Assembly (NCBI GenBank): GCA_028877275.1
Contig: JAPPFP010000009.1
Span: forward strand, 354,889-418,888
Length of the DNA: 64,000 nucleotides
Reading direction: 5' to 3'
Source of the DNA: Acidobacteriota bacterium
GTDB lineage: Bacteria; Acidobacteriota; Thermoanaerobaculia; Multivoradales; Multivoraceae
Position numbers and translations under genes: made by a program. Position 1 is the first letter of the stretch; each line of letters opens with the position of its first letter. Under the pieces are notes generated by a model. That model was not told the DNA's origin. It made no database searches and worked only from the letters and a program-made list of their open reading frames with translations. Shown in pieces: positions 9,003 to 18,829 of the stretch.

Positions 9003-11273
9003 TCAGTCCAGGTAGCCGAGCGCCTCGAGCGCCCGGCGTTGCTCGGGCGGCATGTCCGGTTCCAGGCCGGGTTCGAGTTGCTGCCGCGAGCCGCGGCGCA
9101 TGAGTCTGCCGATCGCCCGGAGGTAACCGGCCCAATGCGGTTCCCTCGCGCCCAGGTTGCGCAGTTCGGCCGGGTCGTTGGTTGTGTCGAAGAGCTGGTG
9201 AGCCTCTCCGAACGAGGCGCTCCAGTAGTCGATCAGCTTGCGGCGGGGTTCGTCGTCCTGCTCGAGCAGTAGCGCGTCCACGGCCTCTCCGTCGTTGCGG
9301 AGGTCGGACATGGCGATCCGGACCTCCTCCCGGCTGCCTCGGGAGCGCATGAGAGGCAGAAGCGACCGGCCGTCGGTCTCGATCAGACCGGAGCGACCGA
9401 TCGCTTCAAGAATCGTCGGCGCGATATCGATCTGCTGCACCTGTTCTTCGACCACCGAGCGTTCGACCGCCGCGCGCAGCCGGGCGGGGAGCTGGACGAT
9501 CAGGGGTACGTGGATCTGTTCACGGTAGAGGTTCGAACCGTGGCCGTGGTTGCCGTGGTCCTGAAACTCCTCGCCGTGGTCGGAAACGAACACGACCAGG
9601 GTGTCGTCGAGGAAGCCTCGCCGGTCGAGTTCCTCGAGCAGGCGGCCGAAGTGCTCGTCCACCGCGGCGATTTCGGCGTCGTAGAGATCGCTCAGGTGAG
9701 GGATCTCGAAGGGTTGCAACTTGCCCATGTTCTTCCCCAGGGCGCCGGCGGGAGCGTCAGGCGCAAAGCGCGACCGGTGCGGCTCCGGGGGGTAGTAAGG
9801 CGCGTGCGGATCCATCGCGTGCATGTACACGAAGAAGGAATCTTCGGGGCCTATCCGCTCCAGCCACTCCAGCGTCTCGTTGACGACCCGCCACACCGGA
9901 ATGTGGATGCCAGGGCTCGAGAGGTTCTCCGGCAGTTGCTTGAAGTGGCTGAAGCCGCGGCGGAACCCGAAGGTCGGTCCGGCGATGCTGTTGCTGGACA
10001 CGCCGAGCGCCCGATAGCCGATGGAGCGGAGAACCTCGGGCAGGTAGGCCACGTCGCGGGCCAGAACGTGGTTTCGGCTGCGGGCGCCGTGGCTGTGCGG
10101 GTAGAGGCCGGTGAGGATGCTGGCCGTCGACGGCCGGGTCCACGAAGACTGGGCCACCGCGTGCTCGAACCGAACGGCTCCGGCGGCGAACCGGTCGATG
10201 TTCGGGGAGGTCGGACGGTCGTAGCCGTAGCAGCCGAGTCGATCGGCGCGGAGCGTATCGACGAGGAAGATGAGTACGTGGGGAGGCTTCGCCCCAGGGC
10301 TGTCGGCGTCGCCTTCCGGTGCGGACGTCGCGGTCGCCGGCGCCGCGGCGGCGGGTGAAGCCGCGTGCGGCCACGGGTTGGCCGCGCTGTGCAGTGCGCC
10401 GGAGAAGCGGAATCCGGCCTCGGCCTGGGGCAATCGCGCGCCGGCCACCGGCTCGATGCGGACCCTGATCGGGAGGTGGTGCGGTCGCAAGCGGACGCGC
10501 TTGCGCCCCTCCGTGATCGTCTCGCTCACCGCGGCCGGCGCCGCCGGGTAGCGATGGACGGAGACCAGAAGCGCGGGGGCGGGCTCGGTGTTTCGCCAGG
10601 CGCCCTGGGGACCGTAGAGCGCGATGTCGTCCAGCGCGAGAGAGCCGCCGTCGGGCAGCATGACGTAGAAGTCGACTGCCGTTCGGAACGGCAGATGCAG
10701 GCTCCCATCGGCGGTCGTCGTCGGCTTGGCGCCGACACCGGCGCCCTCGACCCGGATATGACTCCAGGCGACCTCCGGCGGTGTCGGCGAGGACGCGCCC
10801 CCGGTGGAGTAGTCGAGAAGAACCGTGTTGGCGCCGATCCGCTGCACCTCAACCGGCACTTCCAGCCGGTGGTCTTGCACCCCGGCGCCCGCGGTCAGGT
10901 GGAGGTCGCCGAGCAGTTCACCGTTCCAGGACACCGCCACCCTGGTCGGCGCGCCGTTCGCCGCCGTCAAGGAACGACCGCTGAGCACGAGCTCGAGCGG
11001 TCGGGTCCAGGCGAGGCGCCAGGCGATCTCCGACCGCGGTCCTTCGTTCGTGGCGAAGGCGCCCTCCGCGTCCTGGTTGGGCGGAGACCAGCCGGCCATC
11101 AGTTCCCGTCGCTGGTCGTAGTCGCCCGGAACGACCTCGCTCGACTCGGCCGTGAGGTCGGCAAGGTCCAGATGCGAGGCGAGATCGGTAGCGAGCGGCG
11201 GCGAGCCGCCTCCGCAGGCGAGAAACGCCAGGGCGACCGCGCCCAGGGCGCGGCGGGGCTCGGGCATCGCCAT
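9003..11273 (-). CDS. Sulfatase-family (alkaline-phosphatase superfamily) lipoprotein with a roughly 300-aa N-terminal extension
   Basis: Lipobox LAFLACGGGS. C-terminal half carries DTLRADRLGCYGYDRPTSPNIDRF and SDHGEE family motifs. The canonical C/S-x-P-x-R formylglycine signature seems replaced (TRPSTASILTG). Confidence 0.75.
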   Translation of the reverse strand: MAMPEPRRALGAVALAFLACGGGSPPLATDLASHLDLADLTAESSEVVPGDYDQRRELMAGWSPPNQDAEGAFATNEGPRSEIAWRLAWTRPLELVLSGRSLTAANGAPTRVAVSWNGELLGDLHLTAGAGVQDHRLEVPVEVQRIGANTVLLDYSTGGASSPTPPEVAWSHIRVEGAGVGAKPTTTADGSLHLPFRTAVDFYVMLPDGGSLALDDIALYGPQGAWRNTEPAPALLVSVHRYPAAPAAVSETITEGRKRVRLRPHHLPIRVRIEPVAGARLPQAEAGFRFSGALHSAANPWPHAASPAAAAPATATSAPEGDADSPGAKPPHVLIFLVDTLRADRLGCYGYDRPTSPNIDRFAAGAVRFEHAVAQSSWTRPSTASILTGLYPHSHGARSRNHVLARDVAYLPEVLRSIGYRALGVSSNSIAGPTFGFRRGFSHFKQLPENLSSPGIHIPVWRVVNETLEWLERIGPEDSFFVYMHAMDPHAPYYPPEPHRSRFAPDAPAGALGKNMGKLQPFEIPHLSDLYDAEIAAVDEHFGRLLEELDRRGFLDDTLVVFVSDHGEEFQDHGNHGHGSNLYREQIHVPLIVQLPARLRAAVERSVVEEQVQQIDIAPTILEAIGRSGLIETDGRSLLPLMRSRGSREEVRIAMSDLRNDGEAVDALLLEQDDEPRRKLIDYWSASFGEAHQLFDTTNDPAELRNLGAREPHWAGYLRAIGRLMRRGSRQQLEPGLEPDMPPEQRRALEALGYLD

Positions 11274-11275
11274 CG

Positions 11276-12043
11276 TTACCGGCTGCCGCCGTCGATCCGC
11301 AGGATCGCCCCCGTCGTGTAGCTCGAAGCGTCGGAGGCGAGGTAGAGCGCCGCGCCCACGACCTCGTCAGGCTCCCCGCCGCGGCCGAGCGCGATGGAGG
11401 TCTTCGCACGGCGGTTGAACGCCTCCAGGTCCCACGCTTTCGAGATGTCGGTCAGGAACGGTCCGGGCATGATCGCGTTGACCCGGACCCTGGGGCCATA
11501 GGCGTGAGCGAGAGACTCGGTCAGGGCGTTCAGTCCGGCCTTGGCCGCGCCATAGGGTTCGGCATTGGCGCTCGGGTGGATCGCGGCGGTGCTGGTCACG
11601 TTGATGATGCTGCCGCCGTCGCCTTCCGCCATCCGCGAGCCGATCACCGCGGCAAGTCGAAAGGGTCCTTTCAGGTTGACGCCGACGACCTTGTCGAACA
11701 GCTCCTCGCTGACCTCGGAGAGGCTCGGGTAGAGCGGCGACATGCCGGCGTTGTTGACGAGGACGTCGACCTTGCCGAAGCGTTCGTAGGCGGCATCGAT
11801 CAGGGCGTCGACGTCGTTCCAGTGGCCGACGTGGCAGGCGTGGGCAAGGCCGTTCCCGCCCATCGCTTCGATCTCCGAGACGACACGGCGACAGGAGTCG
11901 ATCTTCCGGCTGGTGACGACGACGTTCGCTCCGGCGGCGGCGAAGGCGAGCGACATCTCGCGGCCGAGACCGCGGCTGCCGCCGGTGACGAGGGCGGTGC
12001 GTCCTGACAGGTCGAAGATGCTGCGTGCGTCTCTGGTCGTCAT
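11276..12043 (-). CDS. SDR family oxidoreductase
   Basis: TALVTGGSRGLG, NNAG, YGAAKAG motifs. Stop lies 3 nt from the sulfatase-like start, so the two are likely co-transcribed. Confidence 0.85.
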   Translation of the reverse strand: MTTRDARSIFDLSGRTALVTGGSRGLGREMSLAFAAAGANVVVTSRKIDSCRRVVSEIEAMGGNGLAHACHVGHWNDVDALIDAAYERFGKVDVLVNNAGMSPLYPSLSEVSEELFDKVVGVNLKGPFRLAAVIGSRMAEGDGGSIINVTSTAAIHPSANAEPYGAAKAGLNALTESLAHAYGPRVRVNAIMPGPFLTDISKAWDLEAFNRRAKTSIALGRGGEPDEVVGAALYLASDASSYTTGAILRIDGGSR

Positions 12044-12091
12044 GGCGCGAGATTACAACCGCGGCCGGGGCCGGGGTAGATTCCGCGGACG

Positions 12092-12775
12092 ATGAGCGCC
12101 GGAGAACCACGACTGATCCAGATCCAGGCCGGACCGATGGCGAATTTCGTCTACGTTCTGGCCGATCCGTCGACCCGTCACGCCTGGGTCGTCGATCCGG
12201 CCTGGGAGCCGCTCGGCGTCGTCAGGATCGCCGGGGAGCAGGGCTACGAGGTGGTCGGTGTGCTGGCGACCCACTTTCACCAGGATCACATCGGCGGCGA
12301 CATCTTTGGGCAGCACGTGCCGGGAGTGCGGGAGCTGCGCGCCGAGTTCGACCTGCCGATGCTGATTCATGAGGCCGAAGCGGAGCGCGGCGCCGAGATC
12401 GCCGGTTGCCCGCCCCACCGCGTGGAGTCGTTCCGGGACGGCGACGTCCTTGAACTGGGCGAGCTGGCGGTCGAGGTGCTGCACACCCCGGGCCACTCGC
12501 CGGGCAGTTGCTGTTTCCGCGCCGGCAGCCACGTACTCACCGCGGACACGCTGTTCGTGCAGGGCATCGGCCGGATCGACCTGCCGCACAGCGATGTCGA
12601 CGCGATGTACCGCTCGCTGCAGCGGCTGAAGACCCTGCCGCCGGAACTCACGATCTACCCGGGCCACGACTACGGCCCCGAGTCCAGCTCGACGATCGGT
12701 CGCGAACTCATGTGGAACGCCTACCTCCGACCGGACAGCCTCGAGCAGTGGCGGGCGATGCTGGGCTTCCTTTGA
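12092..12775 (+). CDS. MBL-fold metallo-hydrolase (glyoxalase-II-like)
   Basis: HFHQDHIGG metal-binding motif, TPGHSPGS, and distal H/D ligands. Confidence 0.8.
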   Translation: MSAGEPRLIQIQAGPMANFVYVLADPSTRHAWVVDPAWEPLGVVRIAGEQGYEVVGVLATHFHQDHIGGDIFGQHVPGVRELRAEFDLPMLIHEAEAERGAEIAGCPPHRVESFRDGDVLELGELAVEVLHTPGHSPGSCCFRAGSHVLTADTLFVQGIGRIDLPHSDVDAMYRSLQRLKTLPPELTIYPGHDYGPESSSTIGRELMWNAYLRPDSLEQWRAMLGFL

Positions 12776-13500
12776 GTCCCGAAGAGGCGGCCGGGTCGGC
12801 GGCACCCGTGTCGCAGGGGGCTCCGGCCCGCCTCGAGACGCGCGGACTGCGTCGCGAACTGCGTTCAGGAGAACGCACCCTCGTCGTGGTCGACGACGTC
12901 GATCTCGAAGTGGCCGCAGGTGAGTGCGTTTCCGTCCGGGGCCCCTCCGGGGCCGGCAAGTCGACGCTCCTTGCCCTGCTTGCCGGACTCGACCGGCCGA
13001 CCGCCGGGAGCGTCCTGATCGACGGCCAGCCGATCGAGCATCTGAGCGAGGACGAACTGGCCCTGCTGCGGCGGGAGAAGATCGGCTTCGTCTTCCAGGC
13101 GTTTCAGTTGCTCCCAAACCTGACCGCTCGCGAGAACGTCCAGTTTCCGCTCGACCTCCTGGGGCGCAGGCGTTCCGGCCGGCGGGCGGAGGAGCTCCTG
13201 GCGGAGGTCGGTCTGGCGGAACGCGTCCACCACTATCCGTCGCAACTCTCGGGCGGGGAGCAGCAGCGCGTGGCTCTGGCCAGGGCGTTCGCGGCGGAGC
13301 CCCGGATCCTCCTGGGGGACGAGCCCACAGGGAACCTGGACTCGGTGACCGGCGCGGCGGTTCTCGATGTGATGATGGCGTTGCGGGATCGATTCGGATC
13401 GACCCTGGTGCTGGTGACCCATGACCCGGCTGTGGCCGCGCGCGCCGACCGAGAGCTGGTCATGGTGGACGGCCGCATTGCGGAAGCAAGCGCGCGGTGA
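12772..13500 (+). CDS. ABC transporter ATP-binding protein (LolD/MacB/YbbA-like)
   Basis: Walker A GPSGAGKST, signature LSGGEQQRV, Walker B LLGDEPTGNLD. In-frame TTG at 12772 overlaps the MBL stop; GTG at 12808 is an alternative start. The upstream part of the ORF-track ORF is rejected. Confidence 0.8.
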   Translation: MSPEEAAGSAAPVSQGAPARLETRGLRRELRSGERTLVVVDDVDLEVAAGECVSVRGPSGAGKSTLLALLAGLDRPTAGSVLIDGQPIEHLSEDELALLRREKIGFVFQAFQLLPNLTARENVQFPLDLLGRRRSGRRAEELLAEVGLAERVHHYPSQLSGGEQQRVALARAFAAEPRILLGDEPTGNLDSVTGAAVLDVMMALRDRFGSTLVLVTHDPAVAARADRELVMVDGRIAEASAR

Positions 13501-16079
13501 GCCCGCGGGTCGCGCTCCGGTACTCGCTGCGGGAGCTTCGCGGTTCCCTGGGGCGGGTCTGGGTCTGGGTGGCGTGCCTCTCGGTCGGGGTCGGCGCCGT
13601 GGTTTCGGTGGCGGGACTCGCGTCGAGCGTCGACGGCGCGATCCGGGGGGAGGCCCGGAAGCTGCTGGCGGCTGACCTGGCGGTTCGCTCACGGAGCCCG
13701 ATTCCGGAACACGTGCTGGAGACGATCGATGGAGTCCCCGGGGCCGTTCGTGCCGAGGTCCGCGAGATGGCGGCGATGGTGGGCCGCGCCGCGCCCCGCG
13801 CGGTCTCGCCTGGAGAATCGGGCGGCGACGGGCCGTCGAGCCTGCTGGCCGAACTGAAGGCGGTCTCAGGCGGCTATCCGTTCTATGGCGATCTCGTAAC
13901 GGAGCCGCCGCTACCGGCGGGAACGAGCCCTGCGGACGTTCTGGGGGACCACTCGGCGCTCGTGTCGCCCGAGGCGCTGTCCCGGCTCCGTCTGGAGGTT
14001 GGCGACGATCTTCGTCTCGGCGGGCGGACGCTGCGGATCATCGGTTCGCTTGAAGGGGAGCCGGACCGGCTGCCCACCGGCTTCGCGTTCGGGCCGCGGG
14101 TCGTGGTGGGCGTCGCGGCGCAGGAGGCGGCGCGGGTCTTCCCCTTCGCCGGCTTCGGCGGCTACCGGATGCTGGTCCGGTTGCCCGGGGAGTACTCGCT
14201 CGAGGAGCTTGAACTCCGGGCGAATGCCCTGCGCGAAGAAATCGACGACAGCGCGGCGGTGCGTGTCGAGACCTACGCCGATGCCCAGCCCGGCATTCGA
14301 GAGGACCTCGAGCGGCTCTCGCGCTACCTGGGGCTGGTCGCGCTGCTGTCGCTTCTGGTGGGCGGCGTCGGCGTGGCCCAGGGCATTCGCGCCTGGCTGA
14401 CCCAGCGTCTCGACGCGCTCGCGGTGCTCAAGTGCCTGGGAGCCCGGCCACGCGATCTGATGCGCACCTACGTCGTCCAGGCGGTCCTGCTGGGCCTCGT
14501 GGCGGGGGTGATCGGAGGCGTCGCCGGGCTGCTCTCCATCCTCCTCGTGCCGGCGATCCTGGGCGGCGCGCTGCCGGTCGAGGCTGTTTCGATCTGGCAG
14601 CCCTGGGCCTTCGTCCGAGGCGTGGCCCTGGGCATCGGCGCATCGACCGCGTTTTCGGCTCCGGCGCTGCTCGTCGTGTTGAGGGCGCCGCCGGTGCGCG
14701 TGTTCCGCAGCGGCGCCGAACCGCTGCCGGGTTCACGGCTGGCCAGCGCGCTGTCCGTGTTCGCCGTAGGCGGGGGCGTGGCCGGTTCGACGGCGCTTCA
14801 GGCCGGGTCGCTGTGGCTGGCCCTTCGGTTCATGGGCGCGGTGGCGGCGTCTGTCGTCGCCCTGATTCTGGCGGCCCTGGTGTTGCGGAGGCTGGCCCGG
14901 TTCCTGGCGCCCAGATGCCGCTCCTCCTGGCTCCGCTATGGCGTCGCGGCGCTGGCGCGCCCTGAATCGGGAACGCTGGCGGCCTCGGTCGCACTGGGAA
15001 TGGGCCTGATGGTGTTGCTTGCCATGTTCGTGGTCCAGGGACACCTTCATGACGAACTGGCCGCCGGGCTTCCGGACGAGGCGCCGAGCGCGTTCCTCCT
15101 GAATGTGCCTGCGACGGGCTGGGCCGATCTCGCCGGACTTCTGGAGCGTCAGGGGGCGGAGAGGGTGCAGTCGGCGCCGGTGGTGATGGCCCGTGTCAGG
15201 GCGATCGACGGAGTTCCGGTGGCGGAACGGTTGAACGAGCGCAACCGCTGGGCGTTGAGGCGGCAACTGCGGCTGACCTTTCTCGATGAGCTGCCCGCCG
15301 ACAACGTGATCCTCGACGCATCAGGGCCGGCGACGGCGCCGCGACCGTGGGTCGATCCCGCGCTTGGCGAGGTCAGTGTCGAGCAGGACTTCGCGGAGAC
15401 GATCGGAGTGAGCGTCGGCTCGACGATCGACCTGGAGGTCGGCGGTCGGGAGACCAGGATCACCGTGACCAGCCTGCGACGGGTGGACTGGGAGGGTTTC
15501 GGCATCAACTTCTTCCTCGTGGTCGAACCGGCCGCGCTGGACTGGGCGCCGCACACCCGGCTCGCGGCGGCCTGGCTCCCACAGGAGCGGGAACAGCGGA
15601 TCCAGGACGAGATCTACGTCGCGTATCCCGGTGTCGCCGTGGTCCGGATCCGGGAAGTGCTCCAGAAGGTGGTCGACCTGGTGGGAAACCTCCAGGTTGG
15701 CGTGCGGGTTCTCGGCAGCTTCACGGTGGCCGCGGCCCTGCTGACGCTGGCCGGCGCGGTCGCTGCCAGCTCGGCCCGACGTGGCCGTGAGGCGGCCCTG
15801 CTCAAGACGATCGGCTCGACCCGCTTCGATGTGCTGCGCGCGTTCGCTGCCGAGTACGCCCTGGTCGGCCTGTCGGCGGCGGTCGTGGCGGCCGTGCTCG
15901 GCTCGGCGGCGGCATGGTGGCTGGTCACGCGGGAGCTTGAACTTGCCTGGTCGTTCAGGCCCTGGGCGGTGTTCGGGGCGCTCGCCGCGGGCAGCCTGCT
16001 GTCGCTCGCGACCGGGCTCCTCGCAAGCGTTGGCGCGTTGCAGAGGCCCCCGATCGACTCCCTGCGCGAGGCGCGTTGA
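13497..16079 (+). CDS. ABC transporter permease with two FtsX domains (YbbP-like)
   Basis: 860 aa with two blocks of four TM helices, each ending in an FtsX-type segment. Start overlaps the ATPase stop. Confidence 0.8.
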   Translation: MSPRVALRYSLRELRGSLGRVWVWVACLSVGVGAVVSVAGLASSVDGAIRGEARKLLAADLAVRSRSPIPEHVLETIDGVPGAVRAEVREMAAMVGRAAPRAVSPGESGGDGPSSLLAELKAVSGGYPFYGDLVTEPPLPAGTSPADVLGDHSALVSPEALSRLRLEVGDDLRLGGRTLRIIGSLEGEPDRLPTGFAFGPRVVVGVAAQEAARVFPFAGFGGYRMLVRLPGEYSLEELELRANALREEIDDSAAVRVETYADAQPGIREDLERLSRYLGLVALLSLLVGGVGVAQGIRAWLTQRLDALAVLKCLGARPRDLMRTYVVQAVLLGLVAGVIGGVAGLLSILLVPAILGGALPVEAVSIWQPWAFVRGVALGIGASTAFSAPALLVVLRAPPVRVFRSGAEPLPGSRLASALSVFAVGGGVAGSTALQAGSLWLALRFMGAVAASVVALILAALVLRRLARFLAPRCRSSWLRYGVAALARPESGTLAASVALGMGLMVLLAMFVVQGHLHDELAAGLPDEAPSAFLLNVPATGWADLAGLLERQGAERVQSAPVVMARVRAIDGVPVAERLNERNRWALRRQLRLTFLDELPADNVILDASGPATAPRPWVDPALGEVSVEQDFAETIGVSVGSTIDLEVGGRETRITVTSLRRVDWEGFGINFFLVVEPAALDWAPHTRLAAAWLPQEREQRIQDEIYVAYPGVAVVRIREVLQKVVDLVGNLQVGVRVLGSFTVAAALLTLAGAVAASSARRGREAALLKTIGSTRFDVLRAFAAEYALVGLSAAVVAAVLGSAAAWWLVTRELELAWSFRPWAVFGALAAGSLLSLATGLLASVGALQRPPIDSLREAR

Positions 16080-17278
16080 TGCGGCGCATCTCCACTCGTT
16101 GGCAGATCGTGGGCGCACTGTTCGCGATGATGATGTTCTCCTCCGGCCTCGGCTTCTACAACCAGTCGGTGCTGCTCGAGGCGCTGACGCGTGAACGCGG
16201 GCTGACCGTCTTCGCGGCCTCCCTTGCGCCGACGATCTTCTTCGCCGTGAGCGGTTTCGCCGGGCTCGGTGTCGCCAGCGTGATCGAACGGGTCGATGCC
16301 CGCTGGTCGGTCGCGGCGGGTGTCGCGATCTGCGCCGCGTCTCTCGTCCTGATCGGTCGTGTGGAGACGATCCTGCAGGTCTACCTTGCCTTCGCTCTCT
16401 TCGGTTTCGGATTCTCCGCCACGAACATGCTGACCGCGAGCACGGTCGTCACGAGGTGGTTCGCGCGCCGGCGGGCCCTTGCCCTGTCGGTCGTGTTCAC
16501 GGGGCTCTCGGTCGGCGGCATCGCGGTCGCTCCCTTCGCCGCCTGGGTGATGGGTGAGTACGGACTGCGGCGCGGCAGCGAGATCGTGGCCGCCGTGTAT
16601 GTCGTGGGCATCCTGCCCCTGTCGCTGTGGCGGCTGATTCCGCGGCCGCGCGGAGAGATGGACCGGGTGGGGGAGTTCGAGGGCGCCGAGGAGCCGGGTG
16701 TCGCCGCCCGGGAGGCGTTCCGCTCACGCTACTTCCTGGGCATCGCGGGCACGTTCTTCTTCGGTCTGATGGCGCAGGTCGGCGCCATCGCCCACCAGTT
16801 TCGCCTGGTCAGCGTTCATGAGCCCGGCGTGGCGGGCCTCGCGGTCTCGGTGCTGGCCGCCTCGAGCGTGGTGGGACGGCTGGCCTCCGGCGCCTTGCTG
16901 GAGCGGATTCCCTACCGTGGGTTCGCCTTGGTGCTGCTGGTTTTTCAGGGACTCACACTGGTCGTCCTGGGATCGAGCACCAGCGCGGCGAGCCTGCTGA
17001 TCGCGTCGGGCGCCTTCGGGCTCACCATCGGCAGTTTCCTCATGATGCAGCCGCTCCTGATCGCCGAGGCTTTCGGCACCCGGAGCTACGCGCGGATCTA
17101 CTCGGTGAGCACGCTGTTGGCCTCGATCGGCGTCGCGCTGGGACCCTTCCTGCTGGGCTGGGCTCACGACCTGGCGGGCGGCTACCGGAACGCCTACGCG
17201 CTGGGAGCGGTCATGTCCTGGCTCGGCTGCGTTGCCCTGTGGGCGGCGGGGAGAGACTTCGTGCGCCGGACAGCGTGA
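16079..17278 (+). CDS. MFS transporter
   Basis: 12-TM hydrophobic profile. ATG overlaps the permease stop (TTGATG context); TTG at 16076 is an alternative start. Confidence 0.8.
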   Translation: MRRISTRWQIVGALFAMMMFSSGLGFYNQSVLLEALTRERGLTVFAASLAPTIFFAVSGFAGLGVASVIERVDARWSVAAGVAICAASLVLIGRVETILQVYLAFALFGFGFSATNMLTASTVVTRWFARRRALALSVVFTGLSVGGIAVAPFAAWVMGEYGLRRGSEIVAAVYVVGILPLSLWRLIPRPRGEMDRVGEFEGAEEPGVAAREAFRSRYFLGIAGTFFFGLMAQVGAIAHQFRLVSVHEPGVAGLAVSVLAASSVVGRLASGALLERIPYRGFALVLLVFQGLTLVVLGSSTSAASLLIASGAFGLTIGSFLMMQPLLIAEAFGTRSYARIYSVSTLLASIGVALGPFLLGWAHDLAGGYRNAYALGAVMSWLGCVALWAAGRDFVRRTA

Positions 17279-17383
17279 GACTGGCGGATCTTCGTGGCAC
17301 CAACAAAGATGGAACAATGGTGGATCGACTGTAGACTCTGCGACGCTCTCGGGCGGCGCGGGCTCCCGGGATGAGGAGGTTCC

Positions 17384-18055
17384 TTGGCGGGTAGAAGAGA
17401 ACAGAACATGCGCCGGCGCAAGCGGCGGATCCTGGAGGCGGCGACGAAGTTGATCTCCAATGGAGGCGTCGAGGCGTGCACGATGCGCGAGCTGGCACGG
17501 AAGTCCCGGCTCGACGTGACGACGCTCTACAACTACTACGGCTCCAAGGATGAGATCCTCGAGGCCCTGCGGCGATCGGGCGCCAGGAAGCTCGAACGCC
17601 GGATCGCGCAACTCGAGGAAACGGATCCCGTCGATCGCATTCGGGCGATCGTCGACCTGATGCTGGGCGTGCGGGAGTCGCCCGCCCGTCTGGCGAGGCC
17701 CATCAATCTTCCGGGACCGCGGCGCCGTCCGGGCACCGGGCCGATCGAACTCGTCGCAAAGGCGCAGTTGGAACACGAACTCCGGCGGGCCAGCGCGGCG
17801 GGCGACCTGGCTGCCTCTGTCGACCCGGAACAAATGGCCTTGGTGATCCTTGGCCACTCCGTCGTGTGGCTACCCTTGTGGGCACGGCGCGTGATCGACG
17901 CCGAAGAGACGGCGGCTCGGGTCGGCCATCTCGTGAGCCTCTGCCTGCTGGCGGTCGCGACGGACCAGTCGAGACCGCGACTCGAGCAGGCGATGCTCGA
18001 AAGTCAGGGTCGGCTGGCCGCTCTCGACGCGGAACTCGAAGCCGCGGCGGTCTGA
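17384..18055 (+). CDS. TetR/AcrR family transcriptional regulator
   Basis: N-terminal HTH (ILEAATKLISNGGVEACTMRELARKSRLDVTTLYNYYGSKDEIL). Confidence 0.8.
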   Translation: MAGRREQNMRRRKRRILEAATKLISNGGVEACTMRELARKSRLDVTTLYNYYGSKDEILEALRRSGARKLERRIAQLEETDPVDRIRAIVDLMLGVRESPARLARPINLPGPRRRPGTGPIELVAKAQLEHELRRASAAGDLAASVDPEQMALVILGHSVVWLPLWARRVIDAEETAARVGHLVSLCLLAVATDQSRPRLEQAMLESQGRLAALDAELEAAAV

Positions 18056-18074
18056 CGCGGCTCCAAGCACACTT

Positions 18075-18815
18075 CTAGATCAGCCCCTGGTAGGCGCCGC
18101 CGTCGAGCAGGAGGCTTGTGCCCGTGATGAACCGCGCCGGTTCCGAGCACAGGAAGGCTACGGCCTTGCCGAAGTCGTCGGCTGTACCCAGCGTGCCGGT
18201 GGGTACTCGCTGCGCCACGACGTCCGTGTTGCCGAGTCCTTTGATCCGGTCGGTGGCGTGGATCCCGGGCTGGGCCGAGTTGACCGTCACGCCGTCCCGG
18301 GCGACCTCCGCGGACAGGGTCTTGAGAAAGCTGCTGACGCCAGCGCGGGCGACCGAGGACGCGGCGAGGTTGCCGATCGGCTGGCGGGCACCGATCGAAG
18401 TGATCGCCACGATTCGCCCCCAGCCGCGCTCGCGCATTCCGGGTAGGGCGGCCTGACACATGACGATGGTCGACAGCAGGTTCAAGTCGATCGCCTCGCG
18501 GTAGCCGTCGATCGACGTGGTCGCCGGCGAGCCGGGCGGGGGCCCGCCGGCATTGGCGACCAGGATGTCCACCTGACCCAGCTTCGCGATCGCCTGTTCG
18601 ACGAAGGAACGCGCGCCGTCCTCCGTCGACATGTCGGCGACGATCGGCACGGCGCCGGCGCCCAGCTCTGCAGCGGCTTCCCTGATCCGCTCCTCGCTGC
18701 GGCTGCAGATCGCGACGTCCACGCCGTCCTCGAGCAGCGCCTTGGCGCAGCCGAAGCCGAGTCCCGTCGATGCCGCGGCCACGGCGGCCTTCTTTCCGTG
18801 GATTCCCAGATCCAT
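18075..18815 (-). CDS. SDR family oxidoreductase
   Basis: Start at MDLGIHGKKAAVAAASTGLGFG with GAAGGAG-type RBS. NAG and S...Y-x-x-x-K-type catalytic region. The ORF-track 5' extension is rejected. Confidence 0.8.
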   Translation of the reverse strand: MDLGIHGKKAAVAAASTGLGFGCAKALLEDGVDVAICSRSEERIREAAAELGAGAVPIVADMSTEDGARSFVEQAIAKLGQVDILVANAGGPPPGSPATTSIDGYREAIDLNLLSTIVMCQAALPGMRERGWGRIVAITSIGARQPIGNLAASSVARAGVSSFLKTLSAEVARDGVTVNSAQPGIHATDRIKGLGNTDVVAQRVPTGTLGTADDFGKAVAFLCSEPARFITGTSLLLDGGAYQGLI

Positions 18816-18829
18816 CCTTGTCTCTCCTT

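Noticed and set aside
12053-13117. 354-aa minus-strand ORF
   Set aside because: Antisense to the MBL hydrolase and ABC ATPase genes, whose Walker and MBL motifs are on the plus strand.
16724-17857. 377-aa minus-strand ORF
   Set aside because: Overlaps the MFS transporter and TetR genes on the opposite strand. No coding signal or motifs.
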